Shown in pieces: positions 1-12,224 of a stretch of DNA of 64,000 nucleotides. Where the stretch lies: the NCBI RefSeq assembly GCF_009914755.1, contig NC_060935.1. One strand, written 5' to 3'. This DNA comes from the human T2T-CHM13v2.0 reference genome, Homo sapiens. Every line of letters starts with the position of its first letter. The stretch's first letter is position 1. The position numbers were made by a program, and so were the translations under genes. The notes beneath the pieces were generated by a model. That model did not search any database, had not been told where the DNA came from, and worked only from the letters and a program-made list of their open reading frames with translations.

Positions 1-242
1 CACAGGCATACTAAAAGACTGGGCTTGAATCATAAATTATAAAACACTTCTTCTCCCTCACACTTTACTAGCATGACAGGCTGCAGTATAATAGCAATGG
101 ATTATAGCTGAAAAAGCTGCCATCTGCAGACTCTCTGAGGAAGCGTGCTCAAAGTAAAAAGGGAAGAAAAATAAAAAATCTTGAAAGAAGCCAGAAGGGC
201 AAAATAAAAATCTTTACAAGGATAAGAAATATACTAGACTTT
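1..242 (+). mobile_element. Old L1M (L1MC/MD-like) 5'/ORF1 fragment, left part
   Basis: ORF1-like '...aaaatcttgaaagaagccaga...gataagaaatatactagactt'; the same element resumes at 3016. Confidence 0.7.
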
Positions 243-1134
243 GTCCAGAATGGTATTTCCTAGGTTATCTTCCAGAGTTTTTAATAGTTTGGGTTTTACA
301 CTTAAACCTTTAATCCACCTTGAATTGATGTTTGTGCTTGGTCTAAGGAAGGGGTTCATTTCAATCTTCTGCATATGGCTAGCCAGTTATCCCAGTACCA
401 TTTGTTGAATAGGGAGTCCATTCCTCATTGCTTGTGTTTGTCAATTTTGTCAAAGACCAGATGATTTTGTGGCATTATTTCTGTGTACTCTATGGTGTTC
501 CACTGGTCTATGTATCTGTTTTTGTACCAGTACCATGCTGTTTTGGTTACTGCAACCTTGTAGTATAGTTTGAAGTTGGGTAATATGATGCCTTTAGCTT
601 TGTTGTTTTTGCTTAGGATTGCCTTGACTATTTGGGCTGTTTTTTTTGTTCTACGTAAATTTTAAAATAGGTTTTTTCTAATTCTGTGAAGAATGTTATT
701 GCTAGTTTGATAGGAATAGCATTGAATATATAAATTGCTTTGGACAGTATGGTCATTTTAATGATATTGATTCTTCCTATCCATGAGCATGGAATGTTTT
801 TCCATTAGTTTGTGTCATCCCTGATTTCTTTGAGCAGTGTTTTGTAATTCTTGATGTAGAGATCTTTCACCTCTCTGTTAGCTGTATTTCTAGGTATTTT
901 ATTCTTTTCATGGCTATTGTGAATGGAATTGTGTTCTTTCTTGGCCTTGGATGTTGTTGGTTTATAGGAATGCTACTGATTTCTGTACATTGATTTTTTT
1001 TTTTAATCCTGAAACTTTGCTGAAGTTATCAGCTCAAGGGGCTTTGGGGAGGACACTATGGGTTTTTTTCTAGGTATAGAATCATATTGTCAGTAAACAG
1101 GGATAGATTGACTTCCTGTATTCCTATTTGGATA
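243..1134 (-). mobile_element. L1PA (approx. L1PA13-16) ORF2 segment, inverted 5' part
   Basis: Antisense L1 ORF2 sequence (gtaccagtaccatgctgttttggttactg, ttcttcctatccatgagcatggaatgtttttcca). Confidence 0.92.
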
Positions 1135-1136
1135 GT

Positions 1137-2262
1137 CATAGGCCCTGGTAAAGATTTTATGATGAAGATGTCAAAAGCAATTGCAACAAAAACAAAACTG
1201 ACAAATAGGATCTAATTAAACTTAAGCGCTTCTGCACAGCAAAAGAAACTGTCAACAGAGTAAACAGCCTACAGAAAGGGAGAAAATATTCACAAACTAT
1301 GCATCTGACAAAGGACTAATATCCAGAATCTATAAGGAACTTAAACAAATTAACAATCAGGAACCAAACAACCCTTAAACAAATTAACAAGCAGAAAACA
1401 AATAACCCCATTATAAAGTGGGTAAATGACAAGAACAGATAGTTTTCGAAAGAAGACATACACACAGTCAACAAACATATGAAAAAATACTGAACATCAC
1501 TAATCATTAGAGAAATGCAAATGAAAACCACAGTGCGATACCATCTCACTCCAGTCAAGATGGCTATTACTGAAAAGTCAAGAAATAACAGATACTGGCG
1601 AGGCTGTGGAGAAAAGGGAACCCTTATACACTGCTGGAATGGGAATGCTTATACACTGAACTCATGTAAATTGGTTCAGTCATTGAGGAAGACAGTTTGG
1701 TGATTCCTCAAAGAACTTAGAATTAGTGTTCAACCCAGAAATGCCATTTTGGGATATATACCCAAAATAATATAAATCATTTTACCATAAAGATACATGC
1801 ACATGTATGTTCATTGCAGCATTATTCACATCAGCAAAGGTGTGGAGTCAATGTAGATGCCCATCAACAGTAGACTGGATAAAGAAAATGTGGTACATAC
1901 ACATCGTAGAATACTATGCAGCCATAAAAAGAATGAGATTATGTCCTTTGCAGCAACATGGATGGAGCTGGAGGCTATTATCCTAAGTGAACTAACACAG
2001 GAACAGAAAACCAAATACCTCATGTTCTTACTTATAAGTGGGAGCTAAAATTGAGAACACATGGGCACAAAAAAGGGAACAGCAGACACTGGGGCCCACT
2101 TGAGGTTGGAAAGTGGGACAAGGGAGAGGATAGAAAAACTGCCATTTGGGTACGATATTTCACCTTGGTGACAATCTCTACATCAAACCTCCATGATCTG
2201 CAATTTACCTATATAACAAACCTGCACATGTAACCCTGAACCTCAAATAAAAATTAAAAAAA
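1137..2262 (+). mobile_element. L1PA (approx. L1PA13-16) ORF2 3' end + 3'UTR + poly(A)
   Basis: ORF-track peptides [17 protein letters not shown] and EIMSFAATWMELEAIILSELTQEQK match L1 ORF2 C-terminal sequence; ends aacaaacctgcacatgtaaccctgaacctcaaataaaaattaaaaaaa. Confidence 0.95.
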
Positions 2263-2674
2263 GAGAATGAAAAGAAAATTAAAATAATAATTATGGAAAA
2301 AATAGGAAGTCAGTATACTAATAAAATGCATGGGTATAAAAATATATTTTTCAAACCTAACAAAAAATGCTGTTCAAATTAGTAGGAGTTTTAAAACAGA
2401 AATTGTCTTTCTGACATCACTGAACTGATATCAGACCAAGAAAAACTGACAATCAATTTAATAGAAGCTGTCAATAAATGAATATTGTTAGTCAATGTAC
2501 AAACCAGATCACTTGTTTTGTAACTGTGTGTCTTCCAATTGACCCTGTGCAGAAAGGTGAGTTTTTTCTTTTTTCTGAAAATGTAACTGGCATGAACTCT
2601 TCTTTCCTGTGGTCACCGTGACATTTGTCACATTTGTGATGTTTGGGCATAGATTGCAGAACAAATAGTATCAT

Positions 2675-2930
2675 ATGCACATAATACACACATATGTACA
2701 CATGCACATGAATATACACATATAAACACAAACCACAAACATACCTGGTAACATATACATACACACATGTTCACACATATATAGACACATACACACATAC
2801 ACACCAACCTACATGCACACATACACACCGACCTACATGCATGTATATCCAGGCATGTGTAGACATATCTACACACAAACATACATGCACATACTACATG
2901 CACATACTCAACGACACATATATCCACTAG
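2675..2930. repeat. Degenerate (CA/TA)n low-complexity tract
   Basis: Interrupted cacacatacacat runs. Confidence 0.85.
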
Positions 2931-3015
2931 ATATTCCAAAAATGATTTTAAACATTCAGTGTTTGAATATGTGAACCACACCAATAAAAGCTGGATTAAA
3001 ACAAAACAAAATAAA

Positions 3016-3776
3016 AAGAATTATATCAGTCTTCTCGTCAAAAATTATGAAAGCAAGGAGAGTGGAGTAAAATATGCAGTGTTAAAAAGAAACCTAGAAT
3101 TCTATATCTAGTGAGCTTATCTTTCAAAGGTAAAGAAGAAGTTCTTTCTCAAACTAAAGTGAAAGGATTTCATTGCCCACAGATCTGCCCTGTTAGAAAT
3201 GTTTTTAAAGAAAGTTCTCAGAGAGAAAGAAAATTATACAAGTCAGAAACTTGGATCTATATAAGGAAAGGAAAAGCATCACATAAGGAATAAGTAAAGA
3301 TAAAAATAAAATCTTTTAAAAATTAATTCTAAAATATTACAGTGTATTTTAAGTAATAATAAAATTTAATACAATGTATAGCATATAGGTAAGGAAATGA
3401 ACAACAGCAATGTCGCAAGGAACAGAGGGAGGGATTGGAGATATTCTGTTATAAGGTACCTGCACTGCATGTGAAGCAGTATAATATTATTTGAAAAAAG
3501 GCACTTAGATTAGTTAAAAAATGCATACTCTTAACTTTAGGACAACTGTGAACAATTTTTTAAAAATGTGATTGTTATGCTGAGAAAAATGGAATCAAAC
3601 CAAACCAGAGAAGGCAGATGGGTGGAGGCAGGGGAGAGAAAGAAACGGAGAACAAATGCAACTAATATAAAACAATTGCAAATAAGTAGATGTTAATTCA
3701 ACTATATTAACAATCCCTTTAAATGTCAATGTTTTAAATACAGTGATCAAAAGACAGAGATTTTAAGAGTGGATAA
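3016..3776 (+). mobile_element. Old L1M ORF1 3' part / inter-ORF region, right part
   Basis: cctagaattctatatctagtgagcttatctttcaaaggtaaagaagaa (ORF1 'PRILYP.KLSFK.E.E'-like; ORF-track MSLSFKGKEE). Confidence 0.8.
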
Positions 3777-4084
3777 GTTGAGAAATAAAATTAAATGTTC
3801 TCTTTCAATAAAGAAAACAACTGATTTCAAGTTTTTTAGCTATTTTAAAACATTGCTATCACATGTTTAAAGTTAGACTATAAAACACAAAAATAACAAA
3901 AGTTACAATTAAAATAAATTTTTGCTCTGCATTATGGTCAGCATAAAAAAAGAAGAGTGTAAAAGAGAAGGAATTGTTAAGAGGTGTCATAAAGAGATAT
4001 ATATTCAGAAAAAAGTACAAAAGGGTGAAACAAGATAAAGAATGACAGAGACAGAAATGAGGGGAAGAACATTGTCACTATGTA

Positions 4085-4286
4085 GGCTCTAAGTTTAATA
4101 ATTTTACCATTTTTTATCAGTGTAATTTTGGGCAGGTTAAATTTTTTGTCATAATTTTTTGATCTGTAAAATGGATGAAATAATACCTACCTCACAGAGT
4201 TTTTAGGGAAATTAAATAACAATATTTTAAAAGTGCTTATCATGGTACTAGATACGTAGAAAAGTTTAAATAAATGGTAGCTATTA
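4085..4286 (+). mobile_element. MIR SINE
   Basis: Core atctgtaaaatggatgaaataatacctacctcacagag ... taaatggtagctatta. Confidence 0.85.
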
Positions 4287-5734
4287 ACATTATGCGATTT
4301 TACATTAAAAAATAAAGATAAGTCACTTGGAACTAGAACAAAACTTTAGTTTCCTAACATCTTCAGTTTTGTAGCTGCTTTGTATATTGTGTCAAAACTC
4401 CTAAAACCTGGTAATGTTTCTTGTAATTCTAGTCATAAATTAAAATATCAGTTCTTAGCAGTCTCCTAGAAGATGAGAATAAAAGATCATGAATATCTCA
4501 TTTCCAGGAAATCAAAACAACCTTTCTTAGGTTTCACTCATGAAAACAACCCAGTGATTTAGTAGACAAACCTATATGCATGTTTTCAATTCAGTAATTA
4601 AATTTATATTGTATTAGCTAATTGGAACAATTGTTTTTGAAAGTGTAAAGTGGAATTGTATATTCGTTGTTTAATATGTCTGTAGGAAGGTTAAATTAAG
4701 CAAAAGTATCACAATACAATACTGAATTTGCACTTTAATTTGAGCTTCCTGTTGCAGAATTAGTAGGATTAAAATCTAAGGATAATAAAAAAGAAAAGAA
4801 ATTCCACCTAGCTCACTCTTTCTCACCCAGACCTGTAGATGAAACAGCCTCGGGCACTGAGGTGTGTCAGCACTATTTCTGCAGGAACTTCAGTTAGCAG
4901 CTACCCCAAGAGTCTGAATCTGTTATAAATCTGACTCTTGTGTCAAAAAGTAAAGGTTAGGAGTCACTTACTCCTCCTGGCTTAGAAAGACCTGGCAGAG
5001 GAGAACAAAGGCCCTTAGAAGCTTATTTTCTTAAATGTAAAGCAACCTGTGCCTTTGCAAATATTTGAGGTCTTTTTGGATGGCAGATGGAAATTTACTA
5101 AAAGAAATGTGAAAATTGTAAAAATGGTGTCTTTAGCCTTAAACTAAAACTTCCATTTGTTTTAGAGAGAAGGGGGCACCTTCTCCCTTGGTTCATTTGG
5201 CATCAAATTAAATCCATATTCTCATGCTGTGAAACTGGGATAGTGTCATCTATTTAATTAACTGGAAAATTTGGCACCTCTGTAGTGTAGCCCATCATAT
5301 TTGAGAAAGTTGCCTATCTGTTGAATAACCTGAGTAGAGCCCTTTAAAAATTGTTTAAAAAGCTGGAAATAACCATTTAATCACAGTACAGTTGGCAAGC
5401 ATTCTGTTTCACCCACTTGATGAAATACAATAAATCCATTAAAAATACTGTTAAACTTTCACATTCATCCTTATTATAATGAGGCTAAGAAATAGGACAT
5501 AGAAATATGTAGAAGTATGAATTTAACTAGATAAAAAGTCTTTTAAGCAAATATCAAAACATTTGCCTGAGAAAGCAATTGGAAGACTATGTACCAAAAT
5601 GTTGACCTTTGATTATGAGGGTATTAATTTTTGTTTTAATCCTTTTCTCTACTCTTCTGAATTTTGCTAACTTTCTATCATGTACCTATAAAGTTTCTAA
5701 AAGAAAAAATATCCCTTCTTGAAACTTTATTTTC

Positions 5735-5950
5735 ACAAATGTTAATTGAATGCAGATGGGTGACAGGCCCTGTACTAAGGCAGAGAGAGAGATGGGTGAC
5801 AGTTCTCGCCCTGTAGCTGCTTACATTCTGGAGGAGAAGGCAGACAGTTACACAGATAATAAAAGCACTAAGAATGGAATGTACTAGCAAGACATATGTA
5901 GGGGCAGAGACAGTCCAAGAAAGAGAGTGATCTACTGGGGAAGAGGAAGA
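5735..5950 (-). mobile_element. L2 3' fragment
   Basis: ctgcttacattctggaggagaaggcagaca, antisense L2 3' end pattern. Confidence 0.6.
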
Positions 5951-5979
5951 GATCAGGAAAGTGGTTTTCTTACTGTCTT

Positions 5980-7617
5980 GTTCATTTAATAATCAAGCAA
6001 CATAAGGACTTAGTGTATTCTAGGTCTTGTTTTTGGTGCTAGAGATGCAACAGTGAACAAAACAGACAAAGATCCCTGTCCTTGAGCCTGAAACTGTAGT
6101 GAGAAGACAGACAATTAAACAATAACATAAATTGGCAAAAAAAAAAAACAGTACATGATTAGTGCTATAGAAATAAACATTAAGGCAGGGTAGGGAGGGT
6201 CAGGAATGTGAACAGTGCATGGGGGCAGTGAGGAGTTAAGTTGTAATTTACAATAGGGTGATTAGAGACGGCCCCACTGAGAAAGATCAATTTGAGCAAA
6301 GATTTGAAGGTGGTGAAAAAGTTAGCAATGAGGGTATTGGGAGCAAAATGGTTCAGGTGCAAGGGACAGCCAGTGCAAATATCCACAGACAATAATGTTC
6401 CTGGTATGGTTGAAAAAAACTAGGCTAGAGTGGAGAGTGAAGGGAAAAGTTAGTAGGAGATGAGTGTAGACATTTGATGTCATAAATAGACTCTTAGGTA
6501 ATTGCAGGGACTTTGTTTTACTCTGAGATCATGAGTCACTGGAGGGTTTTGATCAAAGAAAATACCTTATCTGACTTCTGTTTTAACAGGATCCCCTGGG
6601 CTACTGTGTTGAGAATTGACTCTAGGGACAAAAGTATAAGTAGGGCTGCAATTTAAGAATCTGACAATAATCCAGGTAAGATTCATGACATCAAGACATC
6701 ATGAGGACTCAGACAATGACAGTTACAAGTGCAGGAGTAAGAGGCAGTAGATTGAGCATATATTTAAAAAGTAGAGCCAAGAGATTTCTGACTCATCCAC
6801 CTAATACAGACTGAGGCATCAAGAATGACCCCAAGGATTTAAAGCTAGAGTCACCAAAAAAAGACACTATAGATAGAGAAGAGATAAAGACTACAGACTA
6901 AACCCTTGGACACTCACAAATTACGAGGGTGAGGACAAGAGGAGAAATAAGGAAAAGAGAATGACAAGGATAATCCAGTGAGAGAAGAGGAAAATTCCAG
7001 AAGAGCTTGGCATTCTGGAAGCCAGTGAAGAATGAATTTCAAGTAAGAAGGAATGAGTGACCATGTCAAGAGCTGCCAATCAAAATGGATACCACTGGGG
7101 ACATTGACATGAGCGGTTTCAGTGAAGTAGTCAGGTGAAAGCTGCAATAAAATGGGCTTGAGAGTGAATGAGAGAATAATAATTGGAAAGGCAAGTAGAG
7201 ACATTTCTTTCAAAAAGTTTTCCTGAAAGGATTTCTAAGACACTGTGCAGTTGCTTGAGAGGTACAGAGAAAAAATTTAAGACAAAAGAAATAGCAGCAT
7301 GTTTCTAAGCTTATAGTTACAATCTCACAGATTCTGAAAAGTTGACGATAAAGGCAAGAGCAAGAAAATTGCTGGAGGATTCCTTGAATCAGTGGGTGGG
7401 GTGGGAACTTGTACACAAGCAGAAGCATCAGCTTTGATAAGAGGATTAATGTTTCATTTGTGGGGATGACAGGGAATACAGATTTGGGGAACTCAAGTGA
7501 GTAGCTGTGGTGGTGGAAATATTTTTTTTTCTTTCAGTCAAATAGGAAGGAAGATAATAAGATCGTCAGCTGAGAATGAACTTGGAAGAGGATGTGTTGA
7601 GGGTTTGAATAGAGAGG
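5980..7617 (-). mobile_element. L2a LINE fragment (continues ~8037-8320 after the MST insertion)
   Basis: gatgcaacagtgaacaaaacagacaaagatccctgtcctt, tttgagcaaagatttgaagg, ggatcccctgggctactgtgttgagaat. Confidence 0.85.
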
Positions 7618-8036
7618 TGATATGGTTTGGTTATTTGTCCCCTCTAAATCTCATGCTAAAATGTGACCTCCAATCTTGGGAGTGAGGCTGAGTAGGAGGT
7701 GTTTGGTCATGGAGACAGATCCCTCATGAATGGCTTTGTGCCTTCCCTGTGACAATGAGTGAGTTTTATTTCTATTAGTTCATGAGAGAATTGGTTGTTA
7801 AAAAGAACCTGAAACCTCTTCCTCTTTTTCTTCGCTCCTTCACCATCTGACACACCAGCTATCCTTGCATTCTACCATGAGTAAAAGTTGCCTGAGGCCT
7901 CACTGAAAACTGAGCAGGTGTCAGCCTCATGCTGCTGGTACAGCCTGCAGACCCATTAGCCAAATAAATCTCTCTTAAAAAATAAATTATCCAGCCTCAA
8001 GTATTTCTTTATAGTAATGCAAAGCAGACTAGTATA
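7618..8036 (+). mobile_element. MSTB-like MaLR solo LTR
   Basis: Starts tgatatggtttgg, ends gcagactagtata; 5-bp TSD agagg/atagg. Confidence 0.9.
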
Positions 8037-9423
8037 ATAGGCAAATGCATTAAACTGGAGATTGAGAAAATGCATGAACTAGTGAAAAATGGTTTAATTA
8101 CCTGGCAGCATCAAGGACCCCTAAGCTTCATTGTCATTAAGTTAAAGTGAAACCGATCTGTGTGGTGGAATGGTTTTCTTCACGTTCACTCAGCTGCATG
8201 GGTGCATTGTGGTCTTGCCAACAATGATTACAACAAATGCAGAAGGGCCAGGAAACCAAAGGTTCATGCAGGGCAGTGATGATAATGATGGATCATAGGA
8301 TTTAAATTGGGCTAGGAGAAGGTCATGCTACCCCACAGGCTAGTAGGGAAGACAGACAAGTACAGTAATATATCTGTGTGCATGCATGCATGGTAAGGTG
8401 CAAATGTTTCCATGTAAATGAATAAGAAAGCAAGATATTTCTTACTCTATGGCCAATAACATCACTGACCTTTTAATCAGTCCTTGTCTTTTTAGAACTA
8501 GTTGTTAGAGACTATGATAGTTTTGCCAGGGCTGCAGATATGTCCCTCTGTCTCATTTCAAGCAGGGAGGAAGCAGACTCGGGTCTCCTTTAGGAAACCT
8601 GGATAGTTCTCACTCAGCTGGCTAAGCTGATAACCATACACTAGTCAAGGTAGTATATAAATCACACTTTCAGTGCAATAAAATTTCCTCAGACCATCCA
8701 AGTTTTATCTACTTTTCTCAATTATGTAAATTAGGCAGTTTTATTTTGCAAGCAGTTTGCATTAAAAAAATGTAAAAAATGTAAAATTATTTTAAGGCAT
8801 TAAAGTCTAGTGCCTCAAAGAAAATTCAGGACCTCAAAATTATTTCAAGGTCTTTCATAGCTTAAATCACCTGTGCTTGAAATAACATCTGATTCTAAGA
8901 AGAAAAAACAAGTGCAGATGCAGTGTGTGCAGATACCCATGCGTATGTGCACAGGTGTATACACGTGACATAATTTGACTTTATCTTGTACGCCTATTCA
9001 ATGTTGCGCTCCAGACCCTGGAAGGCTTTGTTATCTTGAAGCATTGTGTTAATCTAGGTGATAACAAGGTTCACAGAGCTATTTTCATTTGTGAATAAAT
9101 ACAGAATTTCTGTTGTAGGGTTAACCTTTTATTAAAAATTATTTTAGAGGTATTTTGCAAAGTACCGATAATTGATGCCTGATGTAGTAGTACCCAAGAA
9201 TTTCTGCAATTATTTTAAGATGGGTAATAAAATTATTAAAACAAAATAAATGCTATGTCCTTTTTAGAAATACTTATAGGCCATTTAGCACTTTAGAGTA
9301 TATCAACTATGAATCACCTTGGCTTGTCCTGGCCTCCATGACTTCATTTTGATAATATAACAAGGTCCTTCCTCAAAGCACCAGGCTCTTTTATCATTCA
9401 AAAAGTTAAGTGTTGTAAACTTG

Positions 9424-9750
9424 CTTAAGTCTGGGAATTGACTGAGGAGTTGTGACTATTTTGGTGATTCAAGCTGGACTTCTGTTCACTAGACTTAGAA
9501 CTTTTCCATTTATACAGATGAAGCAAAAATGTAGTAGACTGTTCATCTTTTTCTCTTCTAAAGACACCACCATCAACTAGCCATTGCCATAGGTCTCTGT
9601 GAGTCAAACTGTTCTGGTTACTGCTTTGACTCCATTGCCCATTGTGGTAATCATGTCCACTTCCATCTTATCTGTGGAGATTAAGTGTTCTCACCTGTTC
9701 CCTGACACCTAGGATCCAATTATGCCTGTTTAATTTTGGAATCCCAGCTT
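9424..9750 (-). mobile_element. ERVL internal fragment, gag C-terminal part (inverted relative to the next feature)
   Basis: ORF-track peptide THRDLWQWLVDGGVFRREKDEQSTTFLLHLYK resembles the HERV-L gag C-terminus. Confidence 0.8.
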
Positions 9751-11123
9751 GATAGTGGCACTTCTCATTATAGATGCCTTTGGGGAAGGCCAGGAGAACG
9801 GCTGACAGAAAGATTGACGGCCTTGGTATGCTGAAGGGGAAGGTATCCAAAGTCTTAGAGAGATTGAAATGTTAAAGCAGATTTATCATATAACACCCAT
9901 TCACCTATTAAGTTAGCATATGACCTGTGCTGCCTGTCATGGACTGGATGCTGTCTGATTCATTAGAGCATAAGGTTGAGATCATATAACAGCACTCCAT
10001 TATCAGATGAAAGTGACCTATGTGAAACAGGACTCAAGCAGGCCCTCAAGATACAAGTCACTTATGTGAGAAGTATCTCAAATGTCTATGGCCCCTACTC
10101 TTGCTACATTACCTTCTCTCTCCCAGCCTATACTTTTGGTTTTATGAGGAATTCACTATTACCAATTGAATGAGGAAGAGAAATTTCAGGCCTGGTTTAC
10201 AGGTGGTTTTGCATGATATATAGAAACCAACTTAAAGTGGACAGCTGTAAACTTCAGCTGCTTTCTGAGATATCTCTGGATACAGTGGTGAAGAGAAATC
10301 TTCCTGGTGGGCCTAACTTCAAACAAGTGACCTGTTTGTTTATTTTTTCTGGAATGAGAAATCATCAGGGACTTGGAAGGAATATGGTTAGAGAATTAGT
10401 GACATAGAGATCTGAGGAAGAGGTATATGGATAGATCTCTCATATTGGGCAAATAACATATTTAAATGTTTTCAAATATTTGTGTGCCATGTGAATATTC
10501 ACCAGTAGGTGACTTAGTAGAGAATAATGTTATAAATGGAATGGTTAGAGTGACCTTTTCTGTGGATACTAGCCAGGCTCTTTTCCCAGCCACCTTTGTC
10601 ATTACCCAGTGGGCTCATGACAAAGCCCATTGGGTAATGACAAGGGTGGCTGGGGAAAGAGGTTCGCAGTCACAGTGGCAGGGATAAGAGTCATGAACTC
10701 TGCAGTGTATGAGCTCTGGGGACAAGGGTGGCTGGGGAAAGAGGCTCACAGCCACAGTGGCAGGGATAGGAGTCATGAGCTCTGCAGTGTGTGAGCTCTG
10801 GGGACAAGGGTGGCTGGGGAAAAGAGGCTCATGGCCACAGTGGCAGGGATAGCAGTCATGAGCTCTACAGTGCATGAACTCTGCAGCAAAGACTTCGCTC
10901 ACCATGTAAGCGGCAACAGCCATGGTTGAATCCCCAGTTTTTCAGCAGCAGATACCAATCCTGAGTCCCCACTATGGCATAATTCTCCAGGTAGATCCAA
11001 CAGCAAACTAGTTGATTACAGTGAATCACGTCTATCATGCAAGAGGCAGTGCTTTGTTCTTACAAGAATAGACGCTTACTCTGGATATGGACCAGCCTTT
11101 CCTGAACGCTTCTGCCCAAACAT
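9751..11123 (+). mobile_element. ERVL internal fragment: short gag piece joined to decayed pol (connection, RNase H, integrase N-terminus)
   Basis: gcctggtttacaggtggttttgca (AWFTDGSA-like), PATFVITQWAH, atagacgcttactctggatatgga (IDTYSGYG-like); many stops and frameshifts. Confidence 0.85.
10639..10883 (+). repeat. Minisatellite, 82-bp unit x3
   Basis: Units start gacaagggtggctggggaaa at 10639, 10721 and 10803. Confidence 0.95.
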
Positions 11124-11597
11124 ATGGAGATTCAATACATATATTCAAAATAGCATATACCTCTCCCCCAAACATATGATCTATGTTAAATAAGTAATTT
11201 TTAGGAATTGCCAGAGATTTACAAGATGGTAAAAGGTTTACATAAGAATGAAAGTATTCAGAGATCATTAATAAAGAAATGTTACTGAAGCTGAGTCTTT
11301 AAGACCAGGTAATGTCACGTAGAAAGATGGAGAAGAGAGATTTGATTATTATTTCATGCCAGTGGCACAGCACAAATGAAAATTTGAGTGGAGACTTTAT
11401 TTGAGGAGTGTGGAATAGAATTTGTGGCCCATCTGTAGAATGCCTGAAATAGTCTTGGAAGACCATTGGTGATTAGAGTTTATCCTGTTAGAAATACAGT
11501 TATTGATAGCTCGTGAGCTGAGAACTGACTGGACCAAAGGAGACTTTTAGAGCGTATTGTTTATAAAACATGTTGGGGATGAAATCATTTTCAAGTA

Positions 11598-11885
11598 CAG
11601 TTGGCCCTCAGTATCCATGGGGGATTGGTACCAGGACCCGTAGTAGATACCAAAATCTGTAGAACCTCAAGTCTGTTACATAAGATGGAGGAGTATTTGT
11701 ATATATCCTTTGCACATCCTCCTGTACACTCATAATACCTAACAATGTAAATGCTACAAAAATAGTTGTTATACTGTATTTTTTATTTGCATTATTTTTT
11801 ATTTTTGTATTTTTTAATTTTTTAAAAAACATTTTCATTTCATTTCATTTCAAATGCAGAATCCATGGATATGAAGGGCCAATTC
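11598..11885 (+). mobile_element. MER2 (TcMar-Tigger) MITE
   Basis: TIRs cagttggccctcagtatccatgg / ccatggatatgaagggccaattc; TA on both sides. Confidence 0.9.
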
Positions 11886-12224
11886 TATACAGCCCAATAT
11901 ATAATATAATAATGATATAATATAATTCTCCATTACATTAGTCCAATTGTAAAGAAACAAGCCTTGATATAGTAGTGAGGATACAAAATGGAATTAAAAG
12001 GATAGATTTAACAGTGATTACAAAGGAGGAACTCAAAGGACTTTGAAATAGATCACATAGTATGCATCTTTCATGATGTGTGTCTGTGTGTGTGTAGGTT
12101 AGAGAAGAGAAAAAGATAAACCCAACGTGACTACAATTTTCAAGTTGCATAACTGAGAGGAAGCAATGCTGCCCATAAAAGAACGAAGGGAAAGAAATAA
12201 TTATGTCCCATATCAGATTCATAC

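Noticed and set aside
1316-2233. ORFs with recognisable protein similarity
   Set aside because: Broken fragments of L1 ORF2/3'UTR or their antisense; not genes.
2492-2984. 90- and 118-aa Cys/Val/Tyr-rich ORFs
   Set aside because: Translation of the degenerate (TG)n tract.
10639-10883. Possible CRISPR-like repeat-spacer array
   Set aside because: Whole units repeat with no unique spacers, there are no cas genes, and the DNA is primate.
10615-10923. 102-aa ORF with repeated HCxAHDxYPCHC motifs resembling a metal-binding protein
   Set aside because: Antisense translation of the 82-bp minisatellite; the unit is not a multiple of 3 and there is no gene context.
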